From: Candidatus Bathyarchaeota archaeon
Lineage (GTDB): Archaea; Thermoproteota; Bathyarchaeia; Bathyarchaeales; Bathycorpusculaceae
DNA: 64,000 nt
NCBI GenBank assembly: GCA_963815095.1
Contig: CAWFFH010000006.1
Span: forward strand, 1-64,000
Reading direction: 5' to 3'
The position numbers and the translations under genes are program-made. Positions 63,377 through 64,000 of this stretch are shown here, piece by piece. The notes below the pieces were generated by a model that saw nothing but the letters and a program-made list of their open reading frames with translations, did not search any database and was not told the origin of the DNA. Position 1 is the first letter of the stretch. Each line of letters begins with the position of its first letter.

Positions 63377-63694
63377 GTGAAGACAATGAATAACTGGAGA
63401 ATCATCAAAAAATTCGCCGAATGGATTGGAACAGCATTCGCAATATTTACATTGATAGCAGCGATAATAAATTACGAGTTAAATTTAATGTACAATCCAG
63501 CTCCTCCTATGAGCTATTTTTTGATCAGCCTCATGACATCAATTTTGCCGTTCTTGCTTGGTGCAGTTGTTTTCTTCTTAGTGGCCGCTCTTAGTTCACA
63601 ACAAGAAAAAGCAGTTGAAAAAGAAATGGAAACAGAAAAAACATCAGCAAAATCAGTAGATACAGAGCCTAATCAAGAAGACGCCGTCAAATAG
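63377..63694 (+). CDS. Two-TM hypothetical membrane protein
   Basis: Two hydrophobic helices, charged tail, AGGTGA SD. Confidence 0.65.
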   Translation: MKTMNNWRIIKKFAEWIGTAFAIFTLIAAIINYELNLMYNPAPPMSYFLISLMTSILPFLLGAVVFFLVAALSSQQEKAVEKEMETEKTSAKSVDTEPNQEDAVK

Positions 63695-64000
63695 AGCCAA
63701 ACTAAACTCTTTTTATTTATTTTTCCATTCTCAGGAAACAAAATTTCTAAAAACTATCTTTTTAAAAATAAGACTTGCAGCAAAGACAAAAAATTTTGCG
63801 AAAATCTAATATGTCAAGTTACCTCAATTTGGGTTCGGGACTAACCTGAAAAAGGCTAATAGATCACCAGCTGATTTCGCGATATTAATTTGGATGAGTT
63901 TTAACGTTGTTTTCTACGTTTTGGAGCTGACCGTTTTTGGTGACATAGCAGACCTAAATAATTCAATACTGCTCATTCTGTGGATTTTGTCTATTGCAGG

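Overview
Archaeal chromosomal DNA; the archaeal-type LeuRS, ApgM, stand-alone TRAM protein and gene style suggest Bathyarchaeia (inference). Positions ~1-30.7 kb are accessory DNA around a tRNA-Pro(GGG) gene (10654-10732). An integrase-bearing element lies upstream of the tRNA. Downstream are two tandem islands ending in copies of the tRNA 3' end (exact 14 bp at 22198; degenerate 18/23 bp at 30671). Cargo includes CheB/CheR-PAS kinases, solute-binding proteins coupled to a histidine kinase, metal-homeostasis genes and a broken hydrogenase, many with frameshifts or nonsense codons. Positions ~30.8-64 kb are mostly intact metabolic genes (MMPL, OYE, SDR, radical SAM/SPASM, leuS, apgM, two Amt, Isf, hcp, M48 protease, MarC, MFS). 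The best candidate for an undescribed system is an AT-rich cassette at ~40.2-43.0 kb. It holds an unannotated 17-aa peptide gene (MKKATKKEMRKPVVFAW) with its own promoter and RBS. This gene is tail-to-tail with a ComQ-like prenyltransferase (intact FARM, degenerate SARM), next to an MFS-like membrane protein and a small wHTH regulator. It may be an archaeal Trp-prenylated peptide (ComQX-like) signalling/RiPP system. All calls come from reading the sequence; no searches were run.
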